Assembly: GCA_963692995.1 (NCBI GenBank)
Contig: OY843611.1
Location: 1,126,748-1,190,747, forward strand
Length of the DNA: 64,000 nucleotides
Direction: 5' to 3'
DNA from: Dehalococcoidia bacterium
GTDB lineage: Bacteria; Chloroflexota; Dehalococcoidia; Lucifugimonadales; UBA3495
In this document: in pieces, positions 25,224 through 34,593 of the stretch
Layout: each line of letters begins with the position of its first letter
Numbering within the stretch: position 1 is the stretch's first letter
The notes under the pieces: model-generated
The model's input: the letters and a program-made list of their open reading frames with translations, nothing else
What the model was told of the DNA's origin: nothing
Databases searched by the model: none
Translations under genes and position numbers: made by a program

Positions 25224-25492
25224 TCCAGCCTCAGCCGCGGTTCCGCTGCCCCGGCTCTAATCCAGCGATACACCGTCCGCGACGATACCCCGTACCGCGC
25301 TGTCGCCCCGGCCGGGTCCAGCCGCAGCTCCGTCAACTCCGCCGCGCTAAAACTTCGCGCCGGCCGTCCTTTCCGTAACGCCTGGTCGTGTACGCACTCG
25401 GCTAACGAACAACTCAAGCACGACGGCGACCACCGACATCCCGTGTCCGGCAGACACAGCGGCTCCGCCGACCTTCCCTTCGCTTTTGCCAT
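25220..25492 (-). CDS. Cys-rich plus helix-turn-helix small DNA-binding protein
   Basis: CLPDTGC...CLSCSLAEC followed by YGVSSRTVYRWIRAG. Confidence 0.6.
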   Translation of the reverse strand: MAKAKGRSAEPLCLPDTGCRWSPSCLSCSLAECVHDQALRKGRPARSFSAAELTELRLDPAGATARYGVSSRTVYRWIRAGAAEPRLRLE

Positions 25493-25652
25493 CTTGCTTT
25501 TCTCCTCGGCTCCCGCCCCGGTTTTTGATTTGCGCCGTTTTCCTGCGTTAGAGCCGCTGCGCGGCCCTTCGTTCTTTGCGGCGGTAAAATCCCGGCAAAG
25601 CGGGAACTAGGGCCGCTCCGGGCCGCTACGGGGCAAATTAGGCCATTCCGCG

Positions 25653-27374
25653 CTAGTTTCCCGATGCCGTTTCCAGCAGCGGCGGCCAGTCCACCGCCAA
25701 CGCGCTCGCCGCCGGACACAACACCAACTCCTCCCGCGCCCGCGTCATCCCTACGTAAAACAGCCGGTACACCGCCGCCTGCCGCTCCGCGCTCCCCAGC
25801 CACTCCTGCATCCCCGCCGCCGACAAGTCCGGGAACAAGTACACTACGTCCGCTTCCGCTCCCTTCACGCTGTGAATTGTTCCAATCACCACTTGCGGCT
25901 CTTCCAGGAGCGCCGTCCGCCCCCGCCGCTCCGCGATCCGCAATGGATACTCCAGCCGCTCCTGCCAGCTCTTCAGCAAGTTGGCCCGATACCATTCCAG
26001 ATCCGGCCCCAGCCCCGCGTCCACCGCCCACCGGGTCAGCGTCCGCTCCAGTTCCGCTTCCGGCAGCGGCTCCTCCGGGTCCGGCCAACGCTCCTGCAAC
26101 TGCGCCAGCCCCTTGCGTCCTTCCGTCAGCGCCGCTTGCGCCGTTACCGTCGGCGTCCACTTCTCCAAATCTCCCAGGGTCCAGCCGGCGCCTTCCACAT
26201 GGTTCAGAAAGGCCGCCAACCGCCGCGCCGACGCTATTCCCCGCGCCGAACCCCCTAACGGGTTCCACTTGCCCTGCCGCCGCCGCCAGGGGTTGTGAAA
26301 GGGCAGGCCCCGCTTCCGCAACTCGGCTACGGCCAGGTCAAGCATGTAGCTGCACGTCGCCAGCAGCATCGCCGTCCGTCCGGCGGCCAGCTCCCCTTCG
26401 ATGTCGTCAATCACCGCCGGCGGCCGCTCCCACGTCCCTTGCCCTTCCCGCACCCGCCCGGCGGCGGCCCGGGGCCGGTACTCCACCGGCGTCCGCAACG
26501 GACTGCGCTCGATCCACGCCGTCGCCGTCCGATGCACCGCCGCCGGCACCCGCCAGGACTGGCTCAGCGTCCGCTGATCCACCCGAAAGCCGGCGTGGTC
26601 CGGGCCGGCGAAGGCGCCGCCTTCCGCGCCCCGCCAGCCGTACAGGTTCTGATCCGGGTCGCCCACCAGCGCCAGGCGCCCGGCTTGCCGGCCCCACTGC
26701 CGCGTCAGCGCCAGTTCCAGCCGCGACAAGTCCTGGGCCTCGTCCACGAAAATCACGTCGGGACGGCCCGGCGGCGGCGTTCCTTCCGCCAGAGCGCGCT
26801 CAATCAAGCCGGTGAAGTCGCACATATCACGCTCGATTAGCCACTCTTGCCAGCGCCGGACGAACCGCGCCAGCGGCCCTTCCGGCGGAACCGGCTCCAT
26901 CCGCGACCGCAACGCCTGATACCACGACATCAACTCGTCGGGCCGCCGCGACCGGTGTGGCTCCGATCCGTAGCCGGCGGCGGCCGCGTTGTCGCCGTCC
27001 AGGTCCACGCCCCCGCTGAGGGCGTATTCGGGATGCGCCGCGTTCCACAGCCGCAAGTTCTCCGGCGTGTCTGCCAGTTCGGGACGCCCCAAGGCGTGGT
27101 AGCACTGGGAATGCAGCGTCCCAACTCGCTCCGCCGGTATGGGCAAGTCCCGGCCGGCCGCTTCCGCCGCGGCGGCGCGGGTTAGTGAAATCACCAGAGG
27201 CCGCAGTCCTGCCGCCACCGCGCCGGCGACCTGCCGGGACAGGTAGGTCGTTTTGCCGCAGCCCGGCGGCCCGATTACCCGGTGTTCCACCGGAAGGGCT
27301 GCCGCCGCCGGGCGGGTTCCCGCGGGGGCGTCGCCCTGGCCCGGTCTCTCTCCCGGAACGTGGTTGACGGTCAT
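25653..27374 (-). CDS. UvrD/Rep-family (SF1) DNA helicase
   Basis: GPPGCGKTT, IFVDEAQDL, TIHSVKGAEADVVYL, YVGMTRAREEL. ATG 27374 preceded by GAGG (ORF track starts at GTG 27380). Confidence 0.9.
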   Translation of the reverse strand: MTVNHVPGERPGQGDAPAGTRPAAAALPVEHRVIGPPGCGKTTYLSRQVAGAVAAGLRPLVISLTRAAAAEAAGRDLPIPAERVGTLHSQCYHALGRPELADTPENLRLWNAAHPEYALSGGVDLDGDNAAAAGYGSEPHRSRRPDELMSWYQALRSRMEPVPPEGPLARFVRRWQEWLIERDMCDFTGLIERALAEGTPPPGRPDVIFVDEAQDLSRLELALTRQWGRQAGRLALVGDPDQNLYGWRGAEGGAFAGPDHAGFRVDQRTLSQSWRVPAAVHRTATAWIERSPLRTPVEYRPRAAAGRVREGQGTWERPPAVIDDIEGELAAGRTAMLLATCSYMLDLAVAELRKRGLPFHNPWRRRQGKWNPLGGSARGIASARRLAAFLNHVEGAGWTLGDLEKWTPTVTAQAALTEGRKGLAQLQERWPDPEEPLPEAELERTLTRWAVDAGLGPDLEWYRANLLKSWQERLEYPLRIAERRGRTALLEEPQVVIGTIHSVKGAEADVVYLFPDLSAAGMQEWLGSAERQAAVYRLFYVGMTRAREELVLCPAASALAVDWPPLLETASGN

Positions 27375-27424
27375 GGACACCTCGCCTCTGCTTCTGCCGG
27401 GCCTGGCTTTGCCTCGCCGGGCCC

Positions 27425-27615
27425 GGCGGGGCGGCCTCTCTATACTTAAGGAAGAAAAATGTTTTTATTTTTTTTCGTCCTTAAGTCACGATGATTTGGT
27501 AAGAAGGATAAGGATTAGTGGGAGATTAAATAAAAAAAGCGGAATCTTCGAAAACGTTACTTTCGTTATCTTCGTTATCCGCAAACTTGATTTTTCAGAT
27601 TTTTCGTAATCCGGC
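27425..27615. promoter_or_regulatory. AT-rich intergenic island with inverted and direct repeats (candidate origin/DNA-unwinding element or strong promoter)
   Basis: IR CTTAAGGAAGAAAAA (27445-27459) / TTTTTCGTCCTTAAG (27471-27485). Three 9-bp repeats CGTTA(C/T)(T/C)TT at 27555-27581. Sharp GC drop relative to the flanks. Confidence 0.45.
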
Positions 27616-27617
27616 GG

Positions 27618-27944
27618 CTACGGCTCATTACCGGAACTGTGGCTGCGGCGCAACCGGCGCTCCGCCCGCCGGGCGAAGTTCGAGACGGGCGCAAAGGCGG
27701 CGGGGCCTGTGATTACGACCAGGGAGGCCGCGGAGAACACGCCGGCCGCGGTCGCGGTGGAACCGATTAGCACTGTCATTAGGCCGGCTGCGGCGTCTAG
27801 CGGCAGAGCGCGGATCGCAACCACGGCGCCGGCAGCAACGGCAAACCCCGCCGCGCCGACGGCGGCGATTGTGAAGACGGCGCCGGAGTCCAGGGTCATC
27901 TCGCCTCCCGCGGTCTCGCCGGTTTCCTTTCTTTTCGCGCTCAT
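27618..27944 (-). CDS. Small membrane protein
   Basis: 108 aa with three Ala/Gly/Val-rich hydrophobic segments. AAAGGAAAC RBS. Confidence 0.55.
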   Translation of the reverse strand: MSAKRKETGETAGGEMTLDSGAVFTIAAVGAAGFAVAAGAVVAIRALPLDAAAGLMTVLIGSTATAAGVFSAASLVVITGPAAFAPVSNFARRAERRLRRSHSSGNEP

Positions 27945-28012
27945 TCCGGTTTCCTTTTGCCGGCTCAGGGGACCTTGCCCCCGCGCGGGGCCACTGTTGT
28001 GGGCAAAACCCG

Positions 28013-28276
28013 TTAGTCTCTATGTAACACACCCGATATAACGGGCGCGGTTCCGGCGTCCGGGTCGGCAGCGTCGGGATCAGCCTCGGCGACTGTGGCC
28101 GAGGTCGGAGCCGCCGGAGCCGCGCCGAATTCCGTCGGCCCCATAGCGACGGTCACGACCCCCCGCCGGTTTCCCAGGTCCATAATGTCCATGGTAGCCC
28201 TCTGCACGATGGGCCAGTGGCCGGCATTGGCCGCGACTTCCCGCTGCTTTCCGTTCTTTCTGCTTTGAGCGCTCAT
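28013..28276 (-). CDS. Hypothetical small protein (87 aa)
   Basis: ATG 28276 preceded by GAGGAG. Confidence 0.4.
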   Translation of the reverse strand: MSAQSRKNGKQREVAANAGHWPIVQRATMDIMDLGNRRGVVTVAMGPTEFGAAPAAPTSATVAEADPDAADPDAGTAPVISGVLHRD

Positions 28277-28370
28277 TTTCGCTTTTCTCCTCGCGTCGGG
28301 GGCAAGGCCGCTGGGGAGGAGCCGCCCCTTGTGAATAAAATCTCGCTTCGGTTTCGTCCGCGCTTTTCCC

Positions 28371-29993
28371 CTATATGATCGGCGGCTCTTTTCCCGCTTC
28401 CTTCTCCTCAATCTCGGCGCAGAGCCGGTACGCCGACCGGGTGGTGTTTCCCGCGTGCAGTGTGCGCCGTTCCATTCCTAAGTCCTTCAGCCGGTTCGCC
28501 AGCTGCCGCGACGTCGGCTCTTCAATCAGCCGGTACTTCAGCCACTTGCGTAAATCCGTCAGAAACAGATGCCGGTGGCCGGCTCCGTCCACGTACAGCG
28601 ATCCCGTGTCTCCCGCTTCAATTAGGTCGTCCAGCATCCGCCGTTCTCGGATGTAGCCGGCTACCCACTCTCCGGTCTCGTCCCGTTCCGTCCACTCTTC
28701 CGGCTCGACGCTGGCGAAAATCAGCTGCGCCATGCGGTCCCACTCCCGCGCGCTGCGCCGGGGCAGCACCATCCCCGTGGCGTCGGCCAGCCGGGCCCGG
28801 AAGGCCGTCTGGGACAGGATCGCTTCCGCCCGGCCAATGGTCACCACGCCGGCCGCCGTGACCATCCGGTACTCCGGCGGGTCGCCTTCCGTCTTTCGGA
28901 TGCCCTGAATGCCCAGGTCAACCAAGGGCGACAGTTCTGCCGTTACGCTTTTTGTCGCGCCGCGCCGCGCCTTTTCCAAAGTTCGCCGGTAGTAATCCGT
29001 GCGCAGTTTCAGGTTTCCCGCGTGCCGTCGCCGGTGGGCGATCAGCAAGTTCACGATTTGCTGGTCGCTCCACTGCCAGGCCGCCGCCAACGCCGCCAGA
29101 CTCAGGTCGTAACCGGAGAGGCTCTGATCCGGCAGGTCATCCCTTTGATGCTCCCACGAGGCCCGCGCCGCCGGTTCCTCGGCAAAAAGCCGGCTCAGCA
29201 AGTCGTAGTCCGGCGACGCTTCCGCCGACAGGGCAAACCCGGCCGGCTCCCCCGGCGCCGGGGCCGGCGCCGGCTGCGGCGCCGCTCTCTTCCCAATCGC
29301 TGCGTTCCCGGCTATCGGCCCCGGCGATGCGCCGGCAACTGCCGTCGGGTCAACGGGCAAATATCCGGCCAGCTCCGCCGGCGCATAACGTGGCCCGTCG
29401 GTCTCCAGCGCCGTTACCCGCTGCGGCTCCCAACCCTTCCGGTTTAGCGTGCCGGGCAGCCGCAAGACCCGCGCCAGATCAAAAGTGGAGTCCAGCGCCC
29501 AGCCGCGTTCCCGCCAGGCGGCTTGCAGCATCCGCTGCCAGCGCCGCGCCAGCTCGCCAGCCCGTTCCCGCGCCGCCGGCGTGGTCAGCAGCCACGGCTC
29601 CGGGAACAGCCACCAGCAGTGCCAGCCGTGGCCGCTGCTGATGCTGACGGTCGGCGGCGGCGCCGCTTCCCGAAGCCGGCTGGCGACCGCTTCCCGATCC
29701 GTGGGCAGTCCCGGCTTGGCGTGGGCCGGATCGGCCAGGTCCAGGTCAATCCACACGCCAGCCAGGGCGTGAGCCTGCGCCGCCGGCAAACGCCGCCCGG
29801 CGTCGGGGGGCCAGTCCGGCGGCGCCAGCGCGACTCCGGTGTAAATGTCGTAGTCGGCTAATCGCCGGCAAAGCTCGTCCGCCTCCGCCGGATCGGTCAG
29901 CCACCGGCTCCTTTTATCCGGCAAGGTCCAAATTAGCATTGCGCCGGGGGGCTTTTCGCCCCACAGGGCGGTCAGGAATTCGCCGGGTTCCAT
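28371..29993 (-). CDS. AEP-family DNA primase-polymerase (prim-pol)
   Basis: WIDLDLAD (DxD), SSGHGWHCWW (sGxGxH), RLPGTLNRK. ATG 29993 preceded by GAGGAG. Confidence 0.8.
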   Translation of the reverse strand: MEPGEFLTALWGEKPPGAMLIWTLPDKRSRWLTDPAEADELCRRLADYDIYTGVALAPPDWPPDAGRRLPAAQAHALAGVWIDLDLADPAHAKPGLPTDREAVASRLREAAPPPTVSISSGHGWHCWWLFPEPWLLTTPAARERAGELARRWQRMLQAAWRERGWALDSTFDLARVLRLPGTLNRKGWEPQRVTALETDGPRYAPAELAGYLPVDPTAVAGASPGPIAGNAAIGKRAAPQPAPAPAPGEPAGFALSAEASPDYDLLSRLFAEEPAARASWEHQRDDLPDQSLSGYDLSLAALAAAWQWSDQQIVNLLIAHRRRHAGNLKLRTDYYRRTLEKARRGATKSVTAELSPLVDLGIQGIRKTEGDPPEYRMVTAAGVVTIGRAEAILSQTAFRARLADATGMVLPRRSAREWDRMAQLIFASVEPEEWTERDETGEWVAGYIRERRMLDDLIEAGDTGSLYVDGAGHRHLFLTDLRKWLKYRLIEEPTSRQLANRLKDLGMERRTLHAGNTTRSAYRLCAEIEEKEAGKEPPII

Positions 29994-30051
29994 TGGTCTC
30001 GTTCTCCTCGCCGGCGGGCTGGTCCGCCAACTGGCCGTTTGCTCTGGGGGA

Positions 30052-31470
30052 TCAGCCGTTGGGGACGGCGGCCGCTCTTTGATCCGGGAAGGCGGCGGCC
30101 CGCTGGCCGGCCGCGACGCCGGCCACCCCGGCCAGCACCGTCTCCACCACCTGCTGCCGACGCTCCAGCGCGGCATAAACCCGCGTGTCCACCGTGTCCG
30201 CAGCGACCAGATGCACGTAGCGCACGCTTCCGGTCTGCCCCGGACGATGCAGCCGGGCCCGGGACTGCAAGTAATCGCCCAGGGAATACCCCAGACTGTA
30301 GTAAACCGCCGTCCGCGCCGCCGTCAGGTCCAGGCCCGAACCGCCGGCCTGGATCTGCGTCGCCAGCACACCGCCGTCTTCACGCCAGCGCTTTAGCTCC
30401 GCTCCCGCCTCAGTCCGCCCCGAAATCTCCGCTACCGGCAAGTTCTGCTCCTGCGCCACCCGCCGGATCGTGTCCAGGTCGTAGCGAAACCGGCAGAACG
30501 CGACCAGCGGCGCCGGGCCGTTTTCATCCACCAGGTCGGCCAGCAGCCGTTCTTTGCCCGTGTCAATGCCCACGGTCGCCCCATCTTCCAGCGCGGCGTA
30601 GCCGCTGGTGATCTGCTGCAACCGCAATAATCGCGTCAGTACGTTGGCCGCCGTAATCGTTCCTTCCTGAACCTCGGCGATAAAGTCCTGGGCCAACTGC
30701 TCATAAACCCGCCGCGCCTTTGCCGACAGCCGGCAATAACGCCGGCTGTCCAGCGTCGGCGGCAAGTCCAGCGCATCTTCCGCGCTGACCTGGTAGGCAA
30801 TGGCCGCAAAGCGCCGCTGCAAGTCGTCCAGATTCTGGTAGCCGGTGATCTGCTGGGGAATGGTCGGATTGTCCCGACAAGCGTAATAATCCCGAAATCT
30901 GGCCCAGGACCCGCCGAAGATCCGCGGGTCCAACGCCCGGCACTGGGCGTAAATATCCAGCGGACTGTGGGGCATCGGCGTGCCGGTCAAGGCGATTCGC
31001 CAGGGTATCCGGCGCGCCAGCGCCTGGCTGAACCGGCTGGCCCGGCTGCCCGGACTCTTGATGCGGTGACTCTCGTCCAGCGCCAGCAGCTGCCAGGGCT
31101 GGCGCAGCAGCCAGTTCGCCAGGGGCGGCCGCCAGGCGCTTTCGTAGTTGATCACTACCACGTCGGCCGCCGACCCCTGAGCGATGCGCCGGGCGGCGTT
31201 CCCCAGCTCTCCGGTCAAGGCGGCCAGGGACCGGCCGTCGCCGTACCGCTCCCACTGCTCCGGCCAGACGCCGGTGACCACGGAACGGGGTGCCAGGATC
31301 AACGCTCGGCCTTGGGGCAAGTCCCGGATGGCGGCGATGGCGCAGCGGCTCTTGCCGGTGCCCATTCCCATGGCCAGCATGGCGCCGGGCCGCGCCCGGA
31401 TGAAGTCCAGCGCGGCCTGCTGGTGCGGCCATAGCGGGGGAGACGGCTCCGGCCGGGCGACGGCGGCCAT
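30052..31470 (-). CDS. SNF2-family helicase
   Basis: LWPHQQAAL, GMGTGKS, LALDESHRIK, LTGTPMPHSPLDIY, HRPGQT. ATG 31470 overlaps the upstream stop. Confidence 0.9.
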   Translation of the reverse strand: MAAVARPEPSPPLWPHQQAALDFIRARPGAMLAMGMGTGKSRCAIAAIRDLPQGRALILAPRSVVTGVWPEQWERYGDGRSLAALTGELGNAARRIAQGSAADVVVINYESAWRPPLANWLLRQPWQLLALDESHRIKSPGSRASRFSQALARRIPWRIALTGTPMPHSPLDIYAQCRALDPRIFGGSWARFRDYYACRDNPTIPQQITGYQNLDDLQRRFAAIAYQVSAEDALDLPPTLDSRRYCRLSAKARRVYEQLAQDFIAEVQEGTITAANVLTRLLRLQQITSGYAALEDGATVGIDTGKERLLADLVDENGPAPLVAFCRFRYDLDTIRRVAQEQNLPVAEISGRTEAGAELKRWREDGGVLATQIQAGGSGLDLTAARTAVYYSLGYSLGDYLQSRARLHRPGQTGSVRYVHLVAADTVDTRVYAALERRQQVVETVLAGVAGVAAGQRAAAFPDQRAAAVPNG

Positions 31471-32288
31471 CAGGCGGTCTCGCCCTCGGCGGCGGCGGTT
31501 GCGGCAACCGGCGCGTTCTCCTCGGCCGGTTCTCCCTCCGGCGCATCGGGGAACTCCGGCAACTCCGGCAATCCCTCCGCCGCGGCGAAACCCGTCCGCA
31601 AATAGGGCCGAATGCGCTCCGTATATTCGCTTACCGACGCCGTTTCCGCCTCGTTCAAGTCCCCGCTGCGCTGGGGCTGCACCCGACTGTACTTCAGCCC
31701 CGTAGCGTTCTTTTCCTCCACCAGCGTGAACCGCGTTATCGTCTGCGCCAAATGACGCCCCTCCGTAATCAGCCGCACCACGTACTGCTTCCACGCCCCC
31801 ACGGACGCCGCCGGCACTCGGATGATCAGAGGGATCAGCCGATCCGGGGTCAGCAGATACACCATCCGCGATTCTGCGCAGGCTTTGCCCCGCCCCGACT
31901 CGCTGGTGCCATAGTTGTTCCACGAACAACCGAAACAGTGGCCGCCGGGACTGCCCACGCCGGTCACCCCGTCGGCGCTGGCGCAGTCGGGCGGCCCCCC
32001 GCTGCCCTCGCCGTAGGGCAGCGGCCAGTAGGCCCGCGCCGCGTGGGAGTGGATCACTACCCCCTCCAGCTCCCGCGCCATGATGTCTTCGTCGCTCCCC
32101 GGCACCTGCCACTGCTTGCCGCCGGCCGACGGCACTTTGATGATGTCCAGCGCCTGGCTGTCCAGCCGGTCGCCGCCCAGGTTGTCCGCCAGCAAGTCAA
32201 ACAACTGCCGGCTATCCCACTGGGCAATTAGAAATCGGTTGCTTTCAGCGGCGACAACCGCGTCGCCGACTTCGGGTTTGGTAGCCAT
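31470..32288 (-). CDS. Phage replication/recombination-module protein of unknown function
   Basis: 272 aa. AAAGGAG RBS. CFGC motif. Acidic C-terminal tail. Lies between the Cas4-like exonuclease and the SNF2 helicase. Confidence 0.65.
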   Translation of the reverse strand: MATKPEVGDAVVAAESNRFLIAQWDSRQLFDLLADNLGGDRLDSQALDIIKVPSAGGKQWQVPGSDEDIMARELEGVVIHSHAARAYWPLPYGEGSGGPPDCASADGVTGVGSPGGHCFGCSWNNYGTSESGRGKACAESRMVYLLTPDRLIPLIIRVPAASVGAWKQYVVRLITEGRHLAQTITRFTLVEEKNATGLKYSRVQPQRSGDLNEAETASVSEYTERIRPYLRTGFAAAEGLPELPEFPDAPEGEPAEENAPVAATAAAEGETA

Positions 32289-32356
32289 ATTGGGTAAAAC
32301 TCCTTTTCTTGCTGCTTTGCGTTGCTGTTCTTCCCGGCGACGGATGCCCTCCCTCT

Positions 32357-33454
32357 TTACTCCGTCGCCAAAGCCTTGATGATTAGCCGCTGCGTCTCCG
32401 TCCAGCTCACGACCCGCTCCAGCTGTTCCGGCGCCAGCATCGTCTTCAGCAAGGGCAGAGTCTGGGCCGTTACCGCCGGCCGCCGGTCAACGCGCCGCTG
32501 CACCAGCACGTCCCCGGCGCCCGGATTAATCTGAAACTCCTCTACGCCGGCGTAGTCCATGGCGGCGAACAGGTCCCGCCGCGCCGCCGTCTTCGCCTTT
32601 TCCGCCGCCGCTTTGGACCGGCTTTCGTCCGCGGCCCGCTGGTAACGCTGCACCGCGTCCACCACATCATTCAGGTCGTAAGCCGCCTCCGGCGTCGCGT
32701 CGTCCACGGCCCCTTGGTCCTCCGGGGGACGGCAAAGGTCCCGCCAGGGACAGCGCTGGCACTGCCAGTCCGACGGCTGGAAGTCCGGCTCCGGCGGCTC
32801 CCCGCCGGCCAGCAGCTCCTGGGCGAATTCGTTCAGCCGGGACGCTACCGCGGCCACGGTCCGGTCCAGCAGCGCCGGCGCCAGCAGCTCCGTGTCGTAC
32901 TCCTTCGTCTCGGTGTCCAGCACGGCAATCACCGCCGGCGTATCCGGGCTGATTTCCTCCCGGCCGCTTTCCAGCATGCCCGCGCGGTAAACCGCCGTCT
33001 GGGCCAGGGCGGCGGGATGGGCGAAGGCCACCCCCATGGCCCGCCAGAATTTGTACTGGCCGTGGGACCGGGCCTTCGCCTCAATCAGCGCGTAGTCGCC
33101 GCCGGTCAGCTCGGCATGGGCTCCCCGACCGTCGGGTATCCCCGTAATGGTCAGCCGCGACCCCAGCCGCAACCGGATCGACGGCCGACGCGGCGCCGGC
33201 CGATACTCGTAGTTCGATGTCTTCCACCCGTCCCGGCGCATCGCCTGGAATAGGATACTTTCCAACGCCCGGCCGGCGTCCATTCGGGTCAGCGCCAGCG
33301 CGTCCGGCGGATTAGTCGGCGCGACCTGCCGGGCCGCGTAGTGCAGCGCCCGGCGGCAATCGCCCACCGCGGAGGCTCGGATGGCGACGTTGCCCTGGTC
33401 CGTAACGGCGGCGGCGGGACGGCGGCGGTTCAGCAAAGTTTCGCTTGAGGTCAT
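32357..33454 (-). CDS. PD-(D/E)xK exonuclease with Cas4/RecB-type Cys cluster
   Basis: N-terminal C (VGDCRRAL) plus C-terminal CQRCPWRDLC, the typical 4-Cys arrangement of Cas4/DUF2800-type phage exonucleases. Confidence 0.75.
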   Translation of the reverse strand: MTSSETLLNRRRPAAAVTDQGNVAIRASAVGDCRRALHYAARQVAPTNPPDALALTRMDAGRALESILFQAMRRDGWKTSNYEYRPAPRRPSIRLRLGSRLTITGIPDGRGAHAELTGGDYALIEAKARSHGQYKFWRAMGVAFAHPAALAQTAVYRAGMLESGREEISPDTPAVIAVLDTETKEYDTELLAPALLDRTVAAVASRLNEFAQELLAGGEPPEPDFQPSDWQCQRCPWRDLCRPPEDQGAVDDATPEAAYDLNDVVDAVQRYQRAADESRSKAAAEKAKTAARRDLFAAMDYAGVEEFQINPGAGDVLVQRRVDRRPAVTAQTLPLLKTMLAPEQLERVVSWTETQRLIIKALATE

Positions 33455-33519
33455 AACGGTACGCTTGCTCCTTGCCGCCAGGCCGGCCTTTACTAGCCAG
33501 CCCCGCGACAGTTGGGTTT

Positions 33520-33768
33520 TTATTCACCGGATTCCGCCGGTCCTTCCAGCCATTCCACATAGGGGATGGTTATGGCAATGCCCGGAAAAGTGACTTCCGC
33601 AATCTTCAAGAACTCCTGCCACTGCTCCAGCGGCGAGTGGAGTTTCTCCGGGTAACACGCCTCAACGGCCTTCAAAATCGCAATGGCGTGGCTCAAACTG
33701 GGCGGCGGCGGCGGTCCCGTGTCGGGCATGCCCGGCATTTCCAACTGGCTCAGCATAGTCATCATCAT
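33520..33768 (-). CDS. Hypothetical small protein (start 33762-33768)
   Basis: AGGAGG RBS. Three consecutive ATGs. Confidence 0.45.
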   Translation of the reverse strand: MMMTMLSQLEMPGMPDTGPPPPPSLSHAIAILKAVEACYPEKLHSPLEQWQEFLKIAEVTFPGIAITIPYVEWLEGPAESGE

Positions 33769-34142
33769 TCCTCCTGGGATTTTTCAGGGTCGGACGGCGG
33801 CGGCCCTTGCAGCCACTGGGCCAGGGCCGCGTGGGGTATCAGCAGCCGCTTGCCTAGCCGACGGTGCGGAATAGCGTCCTGATGCAGCCGCTCTTTGAGC
33901 AGGGACACGCCGACGCCCAATACTTGCGCCGCCTCCCGCGGGCTGTAAGCCAGCCGGGGCAGCCGGTCGCCGGCGTAGGCCGCCCGGGCCCACCGTTCCA
34001 GATCGGCGGCGTCGGCGTCGGTCCAGGGCCGCCAGCCCATGGGCGAATCGGGATCCCGGACCAGCAGGCCGCCGTAGCGATCTTGCAGAAACCGCGCCAG
34101 ATCAGGGTCGGCGGCCGCCGCCGGGTCGGGATTAGCGGACAT
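33765..34142 (-). CDS. Excisionase-family/MerR-like HTH DNA-binding protein
   Basis: YSPREAAQVLGVGVSLLKERL...RRLGKRLLIPHAALAQWL. Confidence 0.65.
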   Translation of the reverse strand: MSANPDPAAAADPDLARFLQDRYGGLLVRDPDSPMGWRPWTDADAADLERWARAAYAGDRLPRLAYSPREAAQVLGVGVSLLKERLHQDAIPHRRLGKRLLIPHAALAQWLQGPPPSDPEKSQEE

Positions 34143-34362
34143 CAGCGCAATGGCTCCCGTTGCGGCGGTAGGGCTGCGGGTCAATGCGCAGCTGGGCGCG
34201 CCAGGCGTAAAGGGTCGTCGGCGACACCCCCAGTTCAGCCGCGCTCAGCGTGTTGCAATTGCGCTGGCCGCGATTGCGGTTCAGGGTTTCGACCACGATT
34301 TCCTCAATGGGCCGCTGCCGCTGGCTTTCCAGCAGCCGCTGCCGGTCGGTTTTTGGCGTCAT
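34132..34362 (-). CDS. Cro-like small HTH protein
   Basis: ATG 34362 preceded by GGAGG. LSAAELGVSPTTLYAWR. Divergent from the repressor gene. Confidence 0.6.
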   Translation of the reverse strand: MTPKTDRQRLLESQRQRPIEEIVVETLNRNRGQRNCNTLSAAELGVSPTTLYAWRAQLRIDPQPYRRNGSHCADVR

Positions 34363-34380
34363 CGCAGAGTCCTCCGACAA

Positions 34381-34593
34381 TAAACTGAACTGATCAAGTT
34401 CCTTGACAACTCGCCGTGTCGGTCAGATAACCCGGCCCAGGGCCGCACGCCCCTGGCGCAGCGCGTATTCCGTAAGCGCGCTATATGTATCGTAGTTTAT
34501 AAACTATAAGTTACTAGTTACCGGCGCTGTCAAGGGTCTGGTATTATTTCAGATACTTGTCAATTTGCCGGAATGTTTTTTGAGGAGCGCAGC
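34381..34593. promoter_or_regulatory. Divergent promoter/operator region of the lysogeny switch
   Basis: AT-rich. Perfect 14-bp palindrome TAGTTTATAAACTA (34493-34506). Flanking (A/T)AGTTAC half-site-like repeats. TTGACA hexamers on both strands (34404-34409 plus strand; minus strand at 34529-34534 and 34558-34563). Confidence 0.6.

Noticed and set aside
25414-26815. ORFs 25414-26268 (-) and 25664-26815 (+)
   Set aside because: Off-frame or antisense shadows of the UvrD-like helicase gene with Gly/Ala/Pro/Arg bias.
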